DNA of 32,000 nt from Wolbachia endosymbiont of Dirofilaria (Dirofilaria) immitis (GTDB taxonomy: Bacteria; Pseudomonadota; Alphaproteobacteria; Rickettsiales; Anaplasmataceae), in contig NZ_CP046578.1 of assembly GCF_013365455.1 (NCBI RefSeq), positions 390,001-422,000 of the forward strand. The letters are read 5' to 3'. Shown here one piece after another: positions 19,158 to 29,550 of this stretch. The translations under genes and the position numbers were made by a program. Positions within the stretch are counted from its first letter, which is position 1. Every line of letters starts with the position of its first letter. The notes beneath the pieces were generated by a model. That model searched no databases, was not told where the DNA came from, and saw only the letters and a program-made list of their open reading frames with translations.

Positions 19158-19355
19158 TCAATGTAGGAAAAACTTAAAAGACATGTAACCACCATAATTT
19201 TATGTGATTTACAAAAAAGTGTCTTAAGTTTTTTTACTAGATTTTGTTACTGAATCTACAGATTAAAGATGAATTTTAGAGTCAAAGATAGCCTTAATGC
19301 TGCAAGCAAGGAAGTTGTTAAAATTTGCCAAGCAATTTTTACATTTGTGATCTGT

Positions 19356-21122
19356 CTACTTTTGGATAAACTTCATTTGCATTTCCTGTACGCTACTTTC
19401 TATTTGTTTTATTTGTTCTATTAACCTTTCTTCTAAATCAAAGTTGCCACTAACCCTTGCCTTAACTTTTTCTTTTTGTAATATACTTAATTCTTTCAGT
19501 AATACTATGTTATTCCACACAGTTTCTGCTGATTTTCTCTCGCTTAGTTGACTGTTTAGTACACTAGTTTTTTTTAATATGAACCTTACGACCTCAATAT
19601 CATTAGACTGCTCAAACTCGTGTAATAAAGCCTCTTTATTAAATTTGCTGTTATTGGTTGCAGTATCAATCATACGCTGTTGTAATCTTCTCATTTTTGT
19701 GTTGGTAAATTCAAAGCAAGAAAACTGCTCAAAAAATATAGGATAGCATAAGATCATGGGAAATTCTATTGCTATACGTAGAATTATAGCCTGACTTTGT
19801 TCTGCTTCAATTAGCTCTGGAGATTTATTGTGAAGGTACTCGTCTTTTGTTACTCTAATTTTACTACTGAGAGCATGCTTTTTAAAGTTTCTTCTTAATT
19901 CATTGCTCTTATTGTAAAAGTAATCTCTATAATATTTTTTGATACTACTGTTAGCTATAGCATTGATATACTTCATGAACTTGTACTCAAGAACTGAGTA
20001 TTTTTCTGGAGTAAGTTTTTCATCACTTTGTAGACTACTATTGACTATATGACGCCATAGATATTCAGAATGCAATTCTGTTGAATGATCGAGCGCAGAG
20101 AGCACTTCTTCTTTTTTATATTTCAGTTCATTGCATATATCATATGGGTCTTTGGTATCTGCTAAAGTCACAAATTTCAATGTATGTCCTGGTTTGAGTA
20201 TTGACAAAGCAAGTTCTGCTACTCTAGTTTCAGCATTATATCCAGCATTATCACCATCCATACATATGGAGATTTCTTTAGCAAATCTCCATAGGGTTTT
20301 TATCTGCTCTGCGGAGATTGCAGTGCCAAGCGGGGCAACTGTATTGCTAATTCCTGCTTGATGCAGTGCTATCACATCAACATACCCTTCAACAACAAAT
20401 ACGTGTTGTTTTTTGAGTATTTCGCTCAAAGCAAAGTTTAATCCATATAAATTTTCTCCTTTCTTAAAAAGCTGACTCTCTGGGCTGTTTAAATATTTTG
20501 GCTGCTGCCTAGAACTTAATGCACGTCCACCAAAGCCAATAACTTTGCCTGCGATATTATATATGGGAAATATCAGACGATTACAAAAATAATCACGAAA
20601 ACTTTTATTTATTAAGCCAATGTCGGTCAAAATTTTGTCTTCAATACCAGAAGAGTTCAAATATTCTTTTAAACCAGAGCTTGGTGCATAACCTATTCTA
20701 AATTTATCTATAATTTTAGGTGAAATCTTACGCTGCTTTAGATAAGCTACAATGCCTTTGTTCTTTTGTACAAACCAATTTGTAGCTAAGTCTAGCACTG
20801 AAAGCAGTTTATCACTTTTTCTAGACCTAGTAGCACTGAGTTTTTTGGGTAACTTAACGCTTGTAACTAATGCTAACTTTTCTAATGCTTCTTTAAAGCT
20901 TAAGCCCTCAGTTTGTGAAATGAACTCAAGTGCATCTCCATGAGCTAAGCAGCCGAAACAATAATATAACCCTTTAGTGTCGCTCACAAAAAAAGATGGG
21001 TTTTTTTCGTTATGAAATGGACAGAGCCCAACAAAACTGTTTCCTCTTTTTATTAACCTGACTTTCTTACTTACTATGTTAGATAGCAATAGCCTTGACT
21101 TTATAGTATCTATGTAATCCAT
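19356..21122 (-). CDS. dnaG: DNA primase
   Basis: Zinc finger CPFHNEKNPSFFVSDTKGLYYCFGC, GFGGRAL, VVEGYVDVIALHQAG, SICMDGDNAG TOPRIM motifs. Confidence 0.97.
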   Translation of the reverse strand: MDYIDTIKSRLLLSNIVSKKVRLIKRGNSFVGLCPFHNEKNPSFFVSDTKGLYYCFGCLAHGDALEFISQTEGLSFKEALEKLALVTSVKLPKKLSATRSRKSDKLLSVLDLATNWFVQKNKGIVAYLKQRKISPKIIDKFRIGYAPSSGLKEYLNSSGIEDKILTDIGLINKSFRDYFCNRLIFPIYNIAGKVIGFGGRALSSRQQPKYLNSPESQLFKKGENLYGLNFALSEILKKQHVFVVEGYVDVIALHQAGISNTVAPLGTAISAEQIKTLWRFAKEISICMDGDNAGYNAETRVAELALSILKPGHTLKFVTLADTKDPYDICNELKYKKEEVLSALDHSTELHSEYLWRHIVNSSLQSDEKLTPEKYSVLEYKFMKYINAIANSSIKKYYRDYFYNKSNELRRNFKKHALSSKIRVTKDEYLHNKSPELIEAEQSQAIILRIAIEFPMILCYPIFFEQFSCFEFTNTKMRRLQQRMIDTATNNSKFNKEALLHEFEQSNDIEVVRFILKKTSVLNSQLSERKSAETVWNNIVLLKELSILQKEKVKARVSGNFDLEERLIEQIKQIESSVQEMQMKFIQK

Positions 21123-21292
21123 TCTGTTAAACTAGCAGTAAGATAAGAATTATATAGAATTTATATATATAACTGACTTGAAAATTTATTTCAAATTTAA
21201 ATACTAATAAAAGATCATGGTCACTAGACGGCTTGACAAAGGAAGCAAAATAAATTACTCGTATTAGATGCCTTTAAGTTATAATTTCTTAT

Positions 21293-22459
21293 ATGTCAGA
21301 TATAATATCGATTGCTTCAGATCATGCTGGTTATGAGTTAAAATCAAAGATAAAACCTTACTTGGAAACCATGGGTTATATAGTCGTAGATCACGGCTGC
21401 GCTGCTGGACAAAGTAGTGTAGATTATCCAGATTACGCTATTAAGGTTGTAGAAGATATAACAAACAAAAAGGCAAATTATGGAATACTAATTTGCGGTA
21501 CAGGTTTAGGCATGAGTACTGTAGCGAACCGTTTTGAAGGAATTTATGCTGCTTTATGTAATAGTGTTGAGATTACAAAATTGGCTCGTGAGCATGGCAA
21601 CGCAAATATACTGTGTCTTGGTGCAGGGTTTATTACTGATGAGTTAGCAAAAGACATAGTTAAACAATTTCTCGAGACAGAATTTTCTGAAGAGATTAGG
21701 CATAAAAAACGTCTTGATAAGCTTAACAGTATCAGTAAGAGAAAAAACACACAGACCTATGATGAAGATGAGATATCAAAGTTCGCTAAAATAGCAAGTG
21801 AATGGTGGGATGAGAATGGCAAGTTTAAGCCATTGCACATGATGAATCCTGTGAGAGTGTCTTATATTATTGAGAAGATAAAAGAGTTTAAAAAATGTGA
21901 CTTAAGTGAAATATCACTTCTTGATGTTGGGTGTGGTGGTGGTATTTTGTCAGAGTCAATGGCACGCGTTGGCATTAACGTTATGGGGATAGATGTATCC
22001 GAAGAAAACATAAAAGCAGCACAATCATACACGAAGAAAGTAGGGTCGAATATAGAATATACACATACTAGCATTGAAGAGTTAAGCAGTAACAAAAAAT
22101 ATGATGTAGTTCTGCTTATGGAAGTAGTTGAACATGTAAATAATTTAGATCTTTTTATGAAAAAAGCGATAGAGCTACTAAAACCAGGGGGGTTGATATT
22201 TATATCTACAATAAATAGAACTATTAAGTCCTTCTGTTTTGCAATAATTGGTGCAGAGTATATATTGAACTGGCTGCCAAGAGGTACGCATAATTGGAGT
22301 AAGTTTCTTAAACCATCAGAAATTGCAAATTATCTAAGAGAAAATAACGTAAAGTTGCAAAGCATGGCTGGTATGGAGTATAATGTGATAAAGCGTGAGT
22401 GGAATTTAACTAAAAACGTGGGTGTTAATTATATACTATGTGGTTCCGCAGGCAGTTAG
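21293..22459 (+). CDS. Fused ribose-5-phosphate isomerase B (N-term) and UbiG-type ubiquinone biosynthesis O-methyltransferase (C-term)
   Basis: Residues ~1-150 RpiB-like (IASDHAGYELK, GILICGTGLGMSTVANRFEGIYAAL). Residues ~158-388 UbiG-like (FAKIASEWWDENGKFKPLHMMNPVRVSYI, LLDVGCGGGILSESMARVG, PKGTHNW-like PRGTHNWSKFLKP). One uninterrupted frame. Confidence 0.92.
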   Translation: MSDIISIASDHAGYELKSKIKPYLETMGYIVVDHGCAAGQSSVDYPDYAIKVVEDITNKKANYGILICGTGLGMSTVANRFEGIYAALCNSVEITKLAREHGNANILCLGAGFITDELAKDIVKQFLETEFSEEIRHKKRLDKLNSISKRKNTQTYDEDEISKFAKIASEWWDENGKFKPLHMMNPVRVSYIIEKIKEFKKCDLSEISLLDVGCGGGILSESMARVGINVMGIDVSEENIKAAQSYTKKVGSNIEYTHTSIEELSSNKKYDVVLLMEVVEHVNNLDLFMKKAIELLKPGGLIFISTINRTIKSFCFAIIGAEYILNWLPRGTHNWSKFLKPSEIANYLRENNVKLQSMAGMEYNVIKREWNLTKNVGVNYILCGSAGS

Positions 22460-22511
22460 CTTATTGATTTTGCTGCTAGTGTGGATATGACTAAACTTTA
22501 AGTGTTGCATA

Positions 22512-24047
22512 ATGAAGCAATTCGAGAATTTTTACATCACTACACCAATATATTATGTAAACGATAAACCACATATTGGTCATGCATATACTTCTCTTTT
22601 ATGTGATGTGGCAGCAAGATTTGTAAGACTAGCTGGAAAATACGTCAAGTTTACTACCGGTACAGATGAACACGGACAAAAAATTGAAAAAGCAGCTAAA
22701 AAACAGGGAATGAAGCCAAAAGAATTTACAGATAAAGTAAGCATTTCATTTAAAAAACTAGCTGAGTTTATAAATTTTCAGTATGATGATTTTATTCGTA
22801 CCACGGAAAGACGTCATGAGAAAGTAGTTATAGATCTATGGAATAGACTTGAAGAGAGAGGACAAATATACCTAGATTTTTACTCAGGTTGGTATTCAGT
22901 GCGTGACGAAGCATTTTATCAAGAATCAGAGCTAATAGATGGTAAAACGCCAACAGGTGCTGAAGTTCAGTGGATAAAAGAAGAGAGTTACTTTTTTCGT
23001 CTGTCAGGTTGGCAGAATAAATTATTAGAGTTATATAGAAATCAGCAAAATTTTATCTTTCCTGAGAGCAGGAAAAATGAAGTGGTATCGTTTATAAGAT
23101 CAGGACTAACTGACCTTTCAATCTCTCGCACTAGCTTTAACTGGGGAATAAAAGTACCAGGTAATGACAAACATGTGATTTACGTCTGGATAGATGCATT
23201 AACTAATTACCTTACATCGATAGGGTTTCCTGATATTAAAGGCAGGGAATATGAAAAGTTTTGGGCGAATGATAACTCTTTTAGTGTTCATGTAATCGGC
23301 AAGGACATATTGCGTTTTCACGCTGTATATTGGCCAGCAATTCTCCTTGCAGCAGATTTGCCTTTGCCAAAACAAATTGCAGTTCATGGTTGGTGGCTAA
23401 ATAAGGGAGAGAAAATATCCAAGTCTCTTGGTAATGTTATAGATCCAATTAAGTTGGCTGAAGAGTTTGGTGTTGATCAGCTACGCTATTTTCTTCTTCG
23501 GGAAGTAAGCTTCGGTCAAGATGGTAACTTCAATAAGAAAAATATGGTCAATCGAATAAACTCAGAACTGGCAAACAACATAGGCAATTTAGTGCAAAGA
23601 ACAATTTCGTTTTTATATAAGCAATGTTCGGGAATTGTGCCAACAATCAACCGGAATTTGCTCAAAGACACTGAAGGTTTACCTAATTGCAAGGCTATAC
23701 TCGATCAAGTAGTGAGTCATCTGTCAAAGTATGAATTTAACCATATCATACTTCTGATTATTAATATCTCATCTGAAGCTAATGCTTATATAGATAAAAG
23801 TAAACCCTGGACGCTAAGTAAAACCAACAGAGAGCGCATGAATTTGGTAATCCACAAACTATTAGAGTATATCAGAATAATCGGTATTTTATTGCAACCA
23901 ATTGTTCCAAAGTCAGCAGAGATAATACTTGACCAATTACAAATTCCAAAAAAACAACGCAATTTTAAATCCTTATGTGGCGCATGCGTAAGCTCAGCTG
24001 TACTATTACCTAAGCCTACACCAGTTTTTTTAAGGGTTAACATTTAA
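22512..24047 (+). CDS. metG: Methionyl-tRNA synthetase
   Basis: FYITTPIYYVNDKPHIGHAY (HIGH motif), TTGTDEHGQKI, KISKSLGN (KMSKS motif). Confidence 0.98.
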   Translation: MKQFENFYITTPIYYVNDKPHIGHAYTSLLCDVAARFVRLAGKYVKFTTGTDEHGQKIEKAAKKQGMKPKEFTDKVSISFKKLAEFINFQYDDFIRTTERRHEKVVIDLWNRLEERGQIYLDFYSGWYSVRDEAFYQESELIDGKTPTGAEVQWIKEESYFFRLSGWQNKLLELYRNQQNFIFPESRKNEVVSFIRSGLTDLSISRTSFNWGIKVPGNDKHVIYVWIDALTNYLTSIGFPDIKGREYEKFWANDNSFSVHVIGKDILRFHAVYWPAILLAADLPLPKQIAVHGWWLNKGEKISKSLGNVIDPIKLAEEFGVDQLRYFLLREVSFGQDGNFNKKNMVNRINSELANNIGNLVQRTISFLYKQCSGIVPTINRNLLKDTEGLPNCKAILDQVVSHLSKYEFNHIILLIINISSEANAYIDKSKPWTLSKTNRERMNLVIHKLLEYIRIIGILLQPIVPKSAEIILDQLQIPKKQRNFKSLCGACVSSAVLLPKPTPVFLRVNI

Positions 24048-24258
24048 GCAAAGAATCATAGTATCCTATGTTATTTTGTTTTAGAACATTGCGATCTGGT
24101 TGTACCTTGATTAGCAGCAGATAGTCTAGTGATTTCAACATTATCAAACGGTGCTAACAAAGAAGTAGTAAAATAGTTCGTAAGGTAAATAAGATGTAGC
24201 TAAATAAGCACAGATTTTGCTATCTGATAAGCAAGCTAGTTAACTGCACTTACTACTT

Positions 24259-24680
24259 AGTTTAAATAATCATTAACTTTAGTTGTCTGATTTTTTGGGC
24301 TGGAAATCTTAGCTCCTTTTTTTAAATTTTCGCCAGACAGATTATTAGGAATTACAGAATCTAAAAAAACATCTCATTTTTTTCTTTAAATGGACTTCCG
24401 GAACATGTACAGATCTGAAACCTCTTCTTGTTTTTCTTTGCATGCTCTTGATGTTTTAGCCCGTCAATATTACCAATAATCTCATTCTTAACCTCTATTG
24501 CTTTTTTAAGGTAAAAAATCTCAGCTTATCTTTCAGAAATTTTTTTTTGCTCTTGACCTCCCATTTTGTTTCTTAACTCAGAATTCTTCTGCCGCTTTTT
24601 TCTAATACTGAAACTGCAGCAATTGTTTTATTCTTACTAATGGCTACAGTTAAAACCATAATAGCTATAAAAATACAGTG
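24259..24680 (-). pseudogene. Degraded ORF of a membrane/coiled-coil protein
   Basis: Minus-strand fragments IAIMVLTVAISKNKTIAAVSVLEK, ELRNKMGGQEQKKISER*AEIFYLKKAIEVKNEIIGNIDGLKHQEHAKKNKKR and DSVIPNNLSGENLKKGAKISSPKNQTTKVNDYLN* need frameshifts and a stop readthrough to connect. Confidence 0.6.
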
Positions 24681-24962
24681 CTACTAATAACAACTGAAGG
24701 ACTAAACATTTAAAACTGCAATTGGAGTAGAAAATTAACATAAGGAACTGCAGCAAATATTTCTGATATTAATGAGCTAGGGTAGCGAAGCACCACTTAA
24801 AAGATAAGGTGCGTTAGTTTTAGCAAACACGCTTTTCATTATATACACCTCGCTAAGATTAATTTATTATTTAAATTCTAGCACAAATAAAAAGACAAAT
24901 CAACTTTATTAAAAATTAGTAAATTATGGTAAGAATAGGTATTAATAAAAGGCTGCTAATAG

Positions 24963-26432
24963 CTATGAACTATATCTTTCCATATAATCTTTAAATGCAC
25001 CTCGATTAGAGTCAAAATATAACTTTATACTGCCAATTGGCCCATTCCTTTGTTTTGCAATGATAAGCTCTGCAATATTTCTAATTTTTTCCATTTTTTC
25101 TTGCCACTCTCGATGTTTATTGCTCCCTTCACTTGGCTGCTTTCTCAGTTCATAATATTCTTCTCTATAAAGGAACATTACTATATCTGCATCTTGCTCT
25201 ATACTTCCTGAATCACGTAAATCAGCGAGTTGTGGTTTTTTATCATCACGTTGTTCAACAGAACGTGAAAGCTGAGATAGTGCGACGATAGGAATATTTA
25301 GTTCCTTTGCAATTGCTTTTAAACCCTGAGTTACCTCTGAAATTTCTTGCACTCTATTTTCATTACTTCTTTTTGTTGTTCCTTTAATTAATTGCAGGTA
25401 ATCAATAAATGCCACTTTTACATTATATAATTGATACAGTAAGCGTATTCTAGTATGAAGAGCACTAATTGATAATGCAGGAGTATCATCTATTATAAAA
25501 GATAGTTTAGATAATTTTGTACTGGCATTGATAAATTTATGTAATTCAAAATCACTAATTCTTCCGGTTAGCGCTCTATAATAACTAATTCCTGAGTCTA
25601 TAGTGATCAATCTCGCAGCTAACTGTTCTGCTGACATTTCAAGCGAAAAAAATACTACATAATGTTGTTTATCTTGTCTTTTCTGTAAAATCTTACAAAC
25701 ATTAAGTGCAATATTTAGTGCTAATGCTGTTTTACCCATAGAAGGCCTTGCAGCTAGAATTAATAGATCAGATTTCTGTAGACCACCAAGAAGCTGGTTT
25801 AAATCTTGGAGTCCGGTTGTAACACCAAGCGCTTCTGGATTATTTTTCAGCGTGCTTATTTTTTCAACTACATCTTTAACTGAGCTTGCAAGCTTTACAT
25901 ATGTCTTCTCACCTTGCTTTTTTACTGCTAAGTTAAACAACTTAGTCATCGTCTGTTCGATTTGTATCTGTGCAGGGTTTTCAATGTCATAGCTGTAACT
26001 ATCAGTAATTATTTCCTGCCCGAGCTTAATTAAACACCTTCTTAAATAAGCATCGCGGATTATTCTAGTTAAACTATAGATATCAAGTGCAATACTTGCC
26101 TTTGCTGCAAGCTTTGCAAGATATTCTACTCCGCCACACTTGGTGAATGCTTCATTGTTATCAAAAAACATTTTGAGGCTCAGTTCATTAGCAACCATGC
26201 CATGTTTTCTAGTTTTAGATATTTGGGTGAAAATGCTTTGATGCAATGGATCATAGAGGTTGTCTGCTGAGATTACATCTTCAACTGCATCGCAAATTCT
26301 ATTGTCACGAATCATTGCGCCAATTAGCATTTGCTCTGCTTCTAAGTTACGTGGTAGTTTACATATTTCCTTGCCTGCATCTTTTGAATTGATGAGATTA
26401 GCTAATTCATTCATTTTTATTTTCCAGAGCAA
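24963..26432 (-). CDS. dnaB: Replicative DNA helicase DnaB
   Basis: LPRNLEAEQMLIGAMI, LLILAARPSMGKTALALNIA (Walker A), VVFFSLEMSAEQLAARL, DYLQLI, LSQLSRSVEQRDDKKPQLADLRDSGSIEQDAD. True start may be MNELANL at ~26414. Confidence 0.98.
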   Translation of the reverse strand: MLWKIKMNELANLINSKDAGKEICKLPRNLEAEQMLIGAMIRDNRICDAVEDVISADNLYDPLHQSIFTQISKTRKHGMVANELSLKMFFDNNEAFTKCGGVEYLAKLAAKASIALDIYSLTRIIRDAYLRRCLIKLGQEIITDSYSYDIENPAQIQIEQTMTKLFNLAVKKQGEKTYVKLASSVKDVVEKISTLKNNPEALGVTTGLQDLNQLLGGLQKSDLLILAARPSMGKTALALNIALNVCKILQKRQDKQHYVVFFSLEMSAEQLAARLITIDSGISYYRALTGRISDFELHKFINASTKLSKLSFIIDDTPALSISALHTRIRLLYQLYNVKVAFIDYLQLIKGTTKRSNENRVQEISEVTQGLKAIAKELNIPIVALSQLSRSVEQRDDKKPQLADLRDSGSIEQDADIVMFLYREEYYELRKQPSEGSNKHREWQEKMEKIRNIAELIIAKQRNGPIGSIKLYFDSNRGAFKDYMERYSS

Positions 26433-26529
26433 CTATTGACTATTGTAGAATATTTGATTTCTATTTAAAAGATATAAATGGTAAAAAAATTTGACTAATT
26501 CTGTGTTGCTTATAGCATTAAAACTTATG

Positions 26530-26612
26530 GCTCCTGTGGTGAAATGGTAGACACAGCAGACTCAAAATCTGTTGCCTGGAAAGGCATGCTGGTTCAAGTC
26601 CGGCCAGGAGCA
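26530..26612 (+). tRNA. tRNA-Leu (anticodon CAA), CCA not encoded
   Basis: GCTCCTG (26530-26536) pairs with CAGGAGC (26605-26611). Anticodon arm GCAGA-CTCAAAA-TCTGT; long variable arm typical of Leu; T arm CTGGTTCAAGTCCGG. Confidence 0.92.
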
Positions 26613-26635
26613 CTTTGATATTTAAAAGATGCGTT

Positions 26636-27235
26636 ATGTTATACAAAATTTTTAATCGTTTATTTTCTATTTTTTTTTCTATGAATGCTATTCAAGAAGT
26701 GAAGAAGGATAAAAATGGTATATGCTATGTAATGGGGCTTAGGCGCTATATATCAATATTGTTTGATTTAATTATTATTATTTTATTCTTACAGCTCTGC
26801 AGCCAGACCCTAAATCGGCTCTTTATAAACTCAGAAGATAGTAAAGCACTGAGCCAAATTGCTGCAAAATATCAAATGCAAGTGTCACTTTCTACAGAAG
26901 AAAAGGTAGTGCAAGGCAAATTTATTAAATTGTTAATCCTAAATCAAATAGCTCAGTTCGCTATACTTTTTAGCTGTATAACATATATGTGGATAAGGTT
27001 TGCTGCTACACCTGGAAAACTATTGCTTGGGCTTAAAGTTGTGGATGCACAGACCTTTGAAAAAGTTACCTTAAGACAAGCGACAAAAAGATTTTTTTCT
27101 GTGATATTATCAGCTATGCCACTATTTCTAGGCTTTTTATGGTCAAGCTTCAATAAGCGTTGTCAAACTTGGCATGATAAGATTGCAGATACAGTGGTTA
27201 TTACTGGTAAGAGTCTTAAGAAATACAAAAGCTAG
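26636..27235 (+). CDS. RDD-family membrane protein
   Basis: RYISILFDLIIIILFLQL, FAATPGKLLLGLKVVDAQTFEKVTLRQATKRF, TWHDKIADTVV. Track start is TTG 26615; ATG 26636 is more likely. Confidence 0.85.
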   Translation: MLYKIFNRLFSIFFSMNAIQEVKKDKNGICYVMGLRRYISILFDLIIIILFLQLCSQTLNRLFINSEDSKALSQIAAKYQMQVSLSTEEKVVQGKFIKLLILNQIAQFAILFSCITYMWIRFAATPGKLLLGLKVVDAQTFEKVTLRQATKRFFSVILSAMPLFLGFLWSSFNKRCQTWHDKIADTVVITGKSLKKYKS

Positions 27236-27543
27236 GAGAGTTTTATACCTGCTTAGTATAGCAGAAAATAGTTGCGCAGGTAAAGCCACTGCTAAATCAC
27301 ACTGTAATCTTTATGATATTATTTAAGTAGCTGAAGTTAAGATCTATTCTTTTTTCCAGGTTTTAGCATCAAGTGCTGGAATGACAGGAAAGAGAGATAT
27401 ACTGAATAGTAGGAATATCACTTTCAGATACTGTTTTATGAAGTTATTAGATACTGGAATAATAAAGGCTTCTGAACCTATAGGTTTACATTTAAGTTTT
27501 ATTTTATACTATTATAGCGATTACATAACTTTAAGGGACAATT

Positions 27544-28101
27544 ATGTCAGTTATGCCGGATAAATGGATAAAAGAAAAAGCTGAAAATTTTGGGATGATA
27601 GAACCTTTTGTAAGTTACAAAAGCAGTAATGGTGTTATATCTTTTGGACTATCATCTTACGGGTATGATGCAAGAGTAGGTAATAGATTCAAGATTTTCA
27701 CTAACATCAATTCAGCTGTCGTAGACCCTAAAAATTTTTCTGAGAATAGCTTCATAGATAAGGAAACAGATATATGTATAGTTCCACCAAATAGTTTTGT
27801 ACTTGCAAGTACAGTTGAATACTTCCGTATACCAAGAGATGTACTAGGTATTTGTGTTGGTAAATCAACTTATGCAAGGTGTGGAATTATAGTAAATGTT
27901 ACTCCCTTAGAGCCTGGGTGGGAAGGTTATGTCACATTGGAGTTTTCCAACACTACTCCACTTCCTGCAAAGATTTATGCTAATGAAGGTGTGTGCCAAT
28001 TTGTGTTTTTAAATAGCAAAAGCGAGTGTGAAAAATCATATGATGATATGAAAGGAAAATATATGAAGCAGTGCGGTATTACTTTACCATTGGTAAAGTG
28101 A
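27544..28101 (+). CDS. dcd: dCTP deaminase
   Basis: [78 protein letters not shown]. Confidence 0.97.
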   Translation: MSVMPDKWIKEKAENFGMIEPFVSYKSSNGVISFGLSSYGYDARVGNRFKIFTNINSAVVDPKNFSENSFIDKETDICIVPPNSFVLASTVEYFRIPRDVLGICVGKSTYARCGIIVNVTPLEPGWEGYVTLEFSNTTPLPAKIYANEGVCQFVFLNSKSECEKSYDDMKGKYMKQCGITLPLVK

Positions 28102-29550
28102 TTACTATAAGAATGATAGCTTTTGCTACTACCTAAATTACTATTGTCAGAGAATAAAGCTCGCATTGATTTTACTTTGTGTGTTAACTTTTTGGGTTAC
28201 GTTTTATTTACTATCTCCTTTGCTCATTTTGAGGTTAGACTTTCTATATCTACTGTATGAACACTCCATAGTAGTGGCAGAGTTTGCTATTATGCTATTA
28301 TTACATTTTTTGCTATAATAATCTGGTCTACAACTGCTTATCATTCATTTCTCTAGATGTTAATTTTACAATTAGTCGATAATATCTAATTTTAGTGATT
28401 AATATAAATCAGTATTTGATTAATTCGTATTAACTTATTACCATAATTTATTAACTGCTTTTCCAACATGCTTTCACACTTTTCATTGTTAACTTTACTT
28501 ACTGCTTAATCTTGACTGTCTTTTATATTTATATTTTTCAAGTGCATGATGAAACTAAGGAATGATGCTGTTACAATAGTGGTTATAATAGTTGGGAATA
28601 AGCAAGAGACGTTTATTAATTTCTTCCTAGAATTAGTTGGATTAGGTACTACTATAGTTAACCAACACCAGTAACCTACCTCACACTAGATAAACTTCTT
28701 TCTATTCTCTTCTTATACTTCAAGTCTTACTTATACTGGCATTTAGTTAGAGTTAAGCAAATTTTTTACCTTTACATTTTTCCATGTTTAGTTATTATAG
28801 ATCTATATCACATAGGTCACTGTACTTTCCTTAAGAAGGATACTAAAAAAACTATACTAACCCACCTAATATATAGAAATCAAAAAAACAAGATTTTTTA
28901 ACTGAGTGGAGCTAGCTGGGAAAGAATGATTAAAAAGACGGCTGTATAAAAATATATGGTTATAGTAGAGTAGATATTTAATGATGATTATAAATATGTT
29001 CTCTGTCCTATTGCATTAATGATCACCGTATATTCTAGTTTACTATTTAATAGACTATATATGCTATAACCACCTGCTCATACTCTACAATATTCTTTAA
29101 GCTTATAGGGCGACAATTTATTAAGGTTAATTGGGTTAACTGTAAAATGTTTTTTTATATAACTCTTCTAATCTTAAACTCATTGTTTCAGGAAAGTCTG
29201 AAAAACCTTTCTAAACTATATTTTCTTTATAATAGATTAAGTATTTACTCTTACAGGTTATTTTTTTATTTTGACTAAACAAGAGAGACACTTTGAAGTT
29301 TCTTTACTGAGAGATATGCTAAATTCTTTGACTTATCATGAGTTCTATTAAAATCTATTACTTAGTTAGTTAGTATATAGCATTTTCTTAATTTTAAAAT
29401 AAAAAAAAGTTGTTACCACACAGAATAACTATGTGGAATATAATAACTATTCTTAGCAATACTTGTAACTGTAAAGTTAGAAGTTGTAATACTTGAAGGT
29501 ATGATTGAATAATTACTAGTAACAGTTTGTAATTATTAATTTTTATAACT

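Noticed and set aside
20131-20943. Plus-strand ORFs at 20131 and 20752
   Set aside because: Antisense to dnaG; composition is that of mirror-frame translation.
21544-24043. Minus-strand ORFs at 21544, 21862, 23199 and 23786
   Set aside because: Antisense to the rpiB-ubiG fusion and metG.
27381-27563. 60-aa ORF MTGKRDILNSRNITF...
   Set aside because: Overlaps the dcd start, lacks a clear ribosome-binding site and resembles no protein I know. Probably random.
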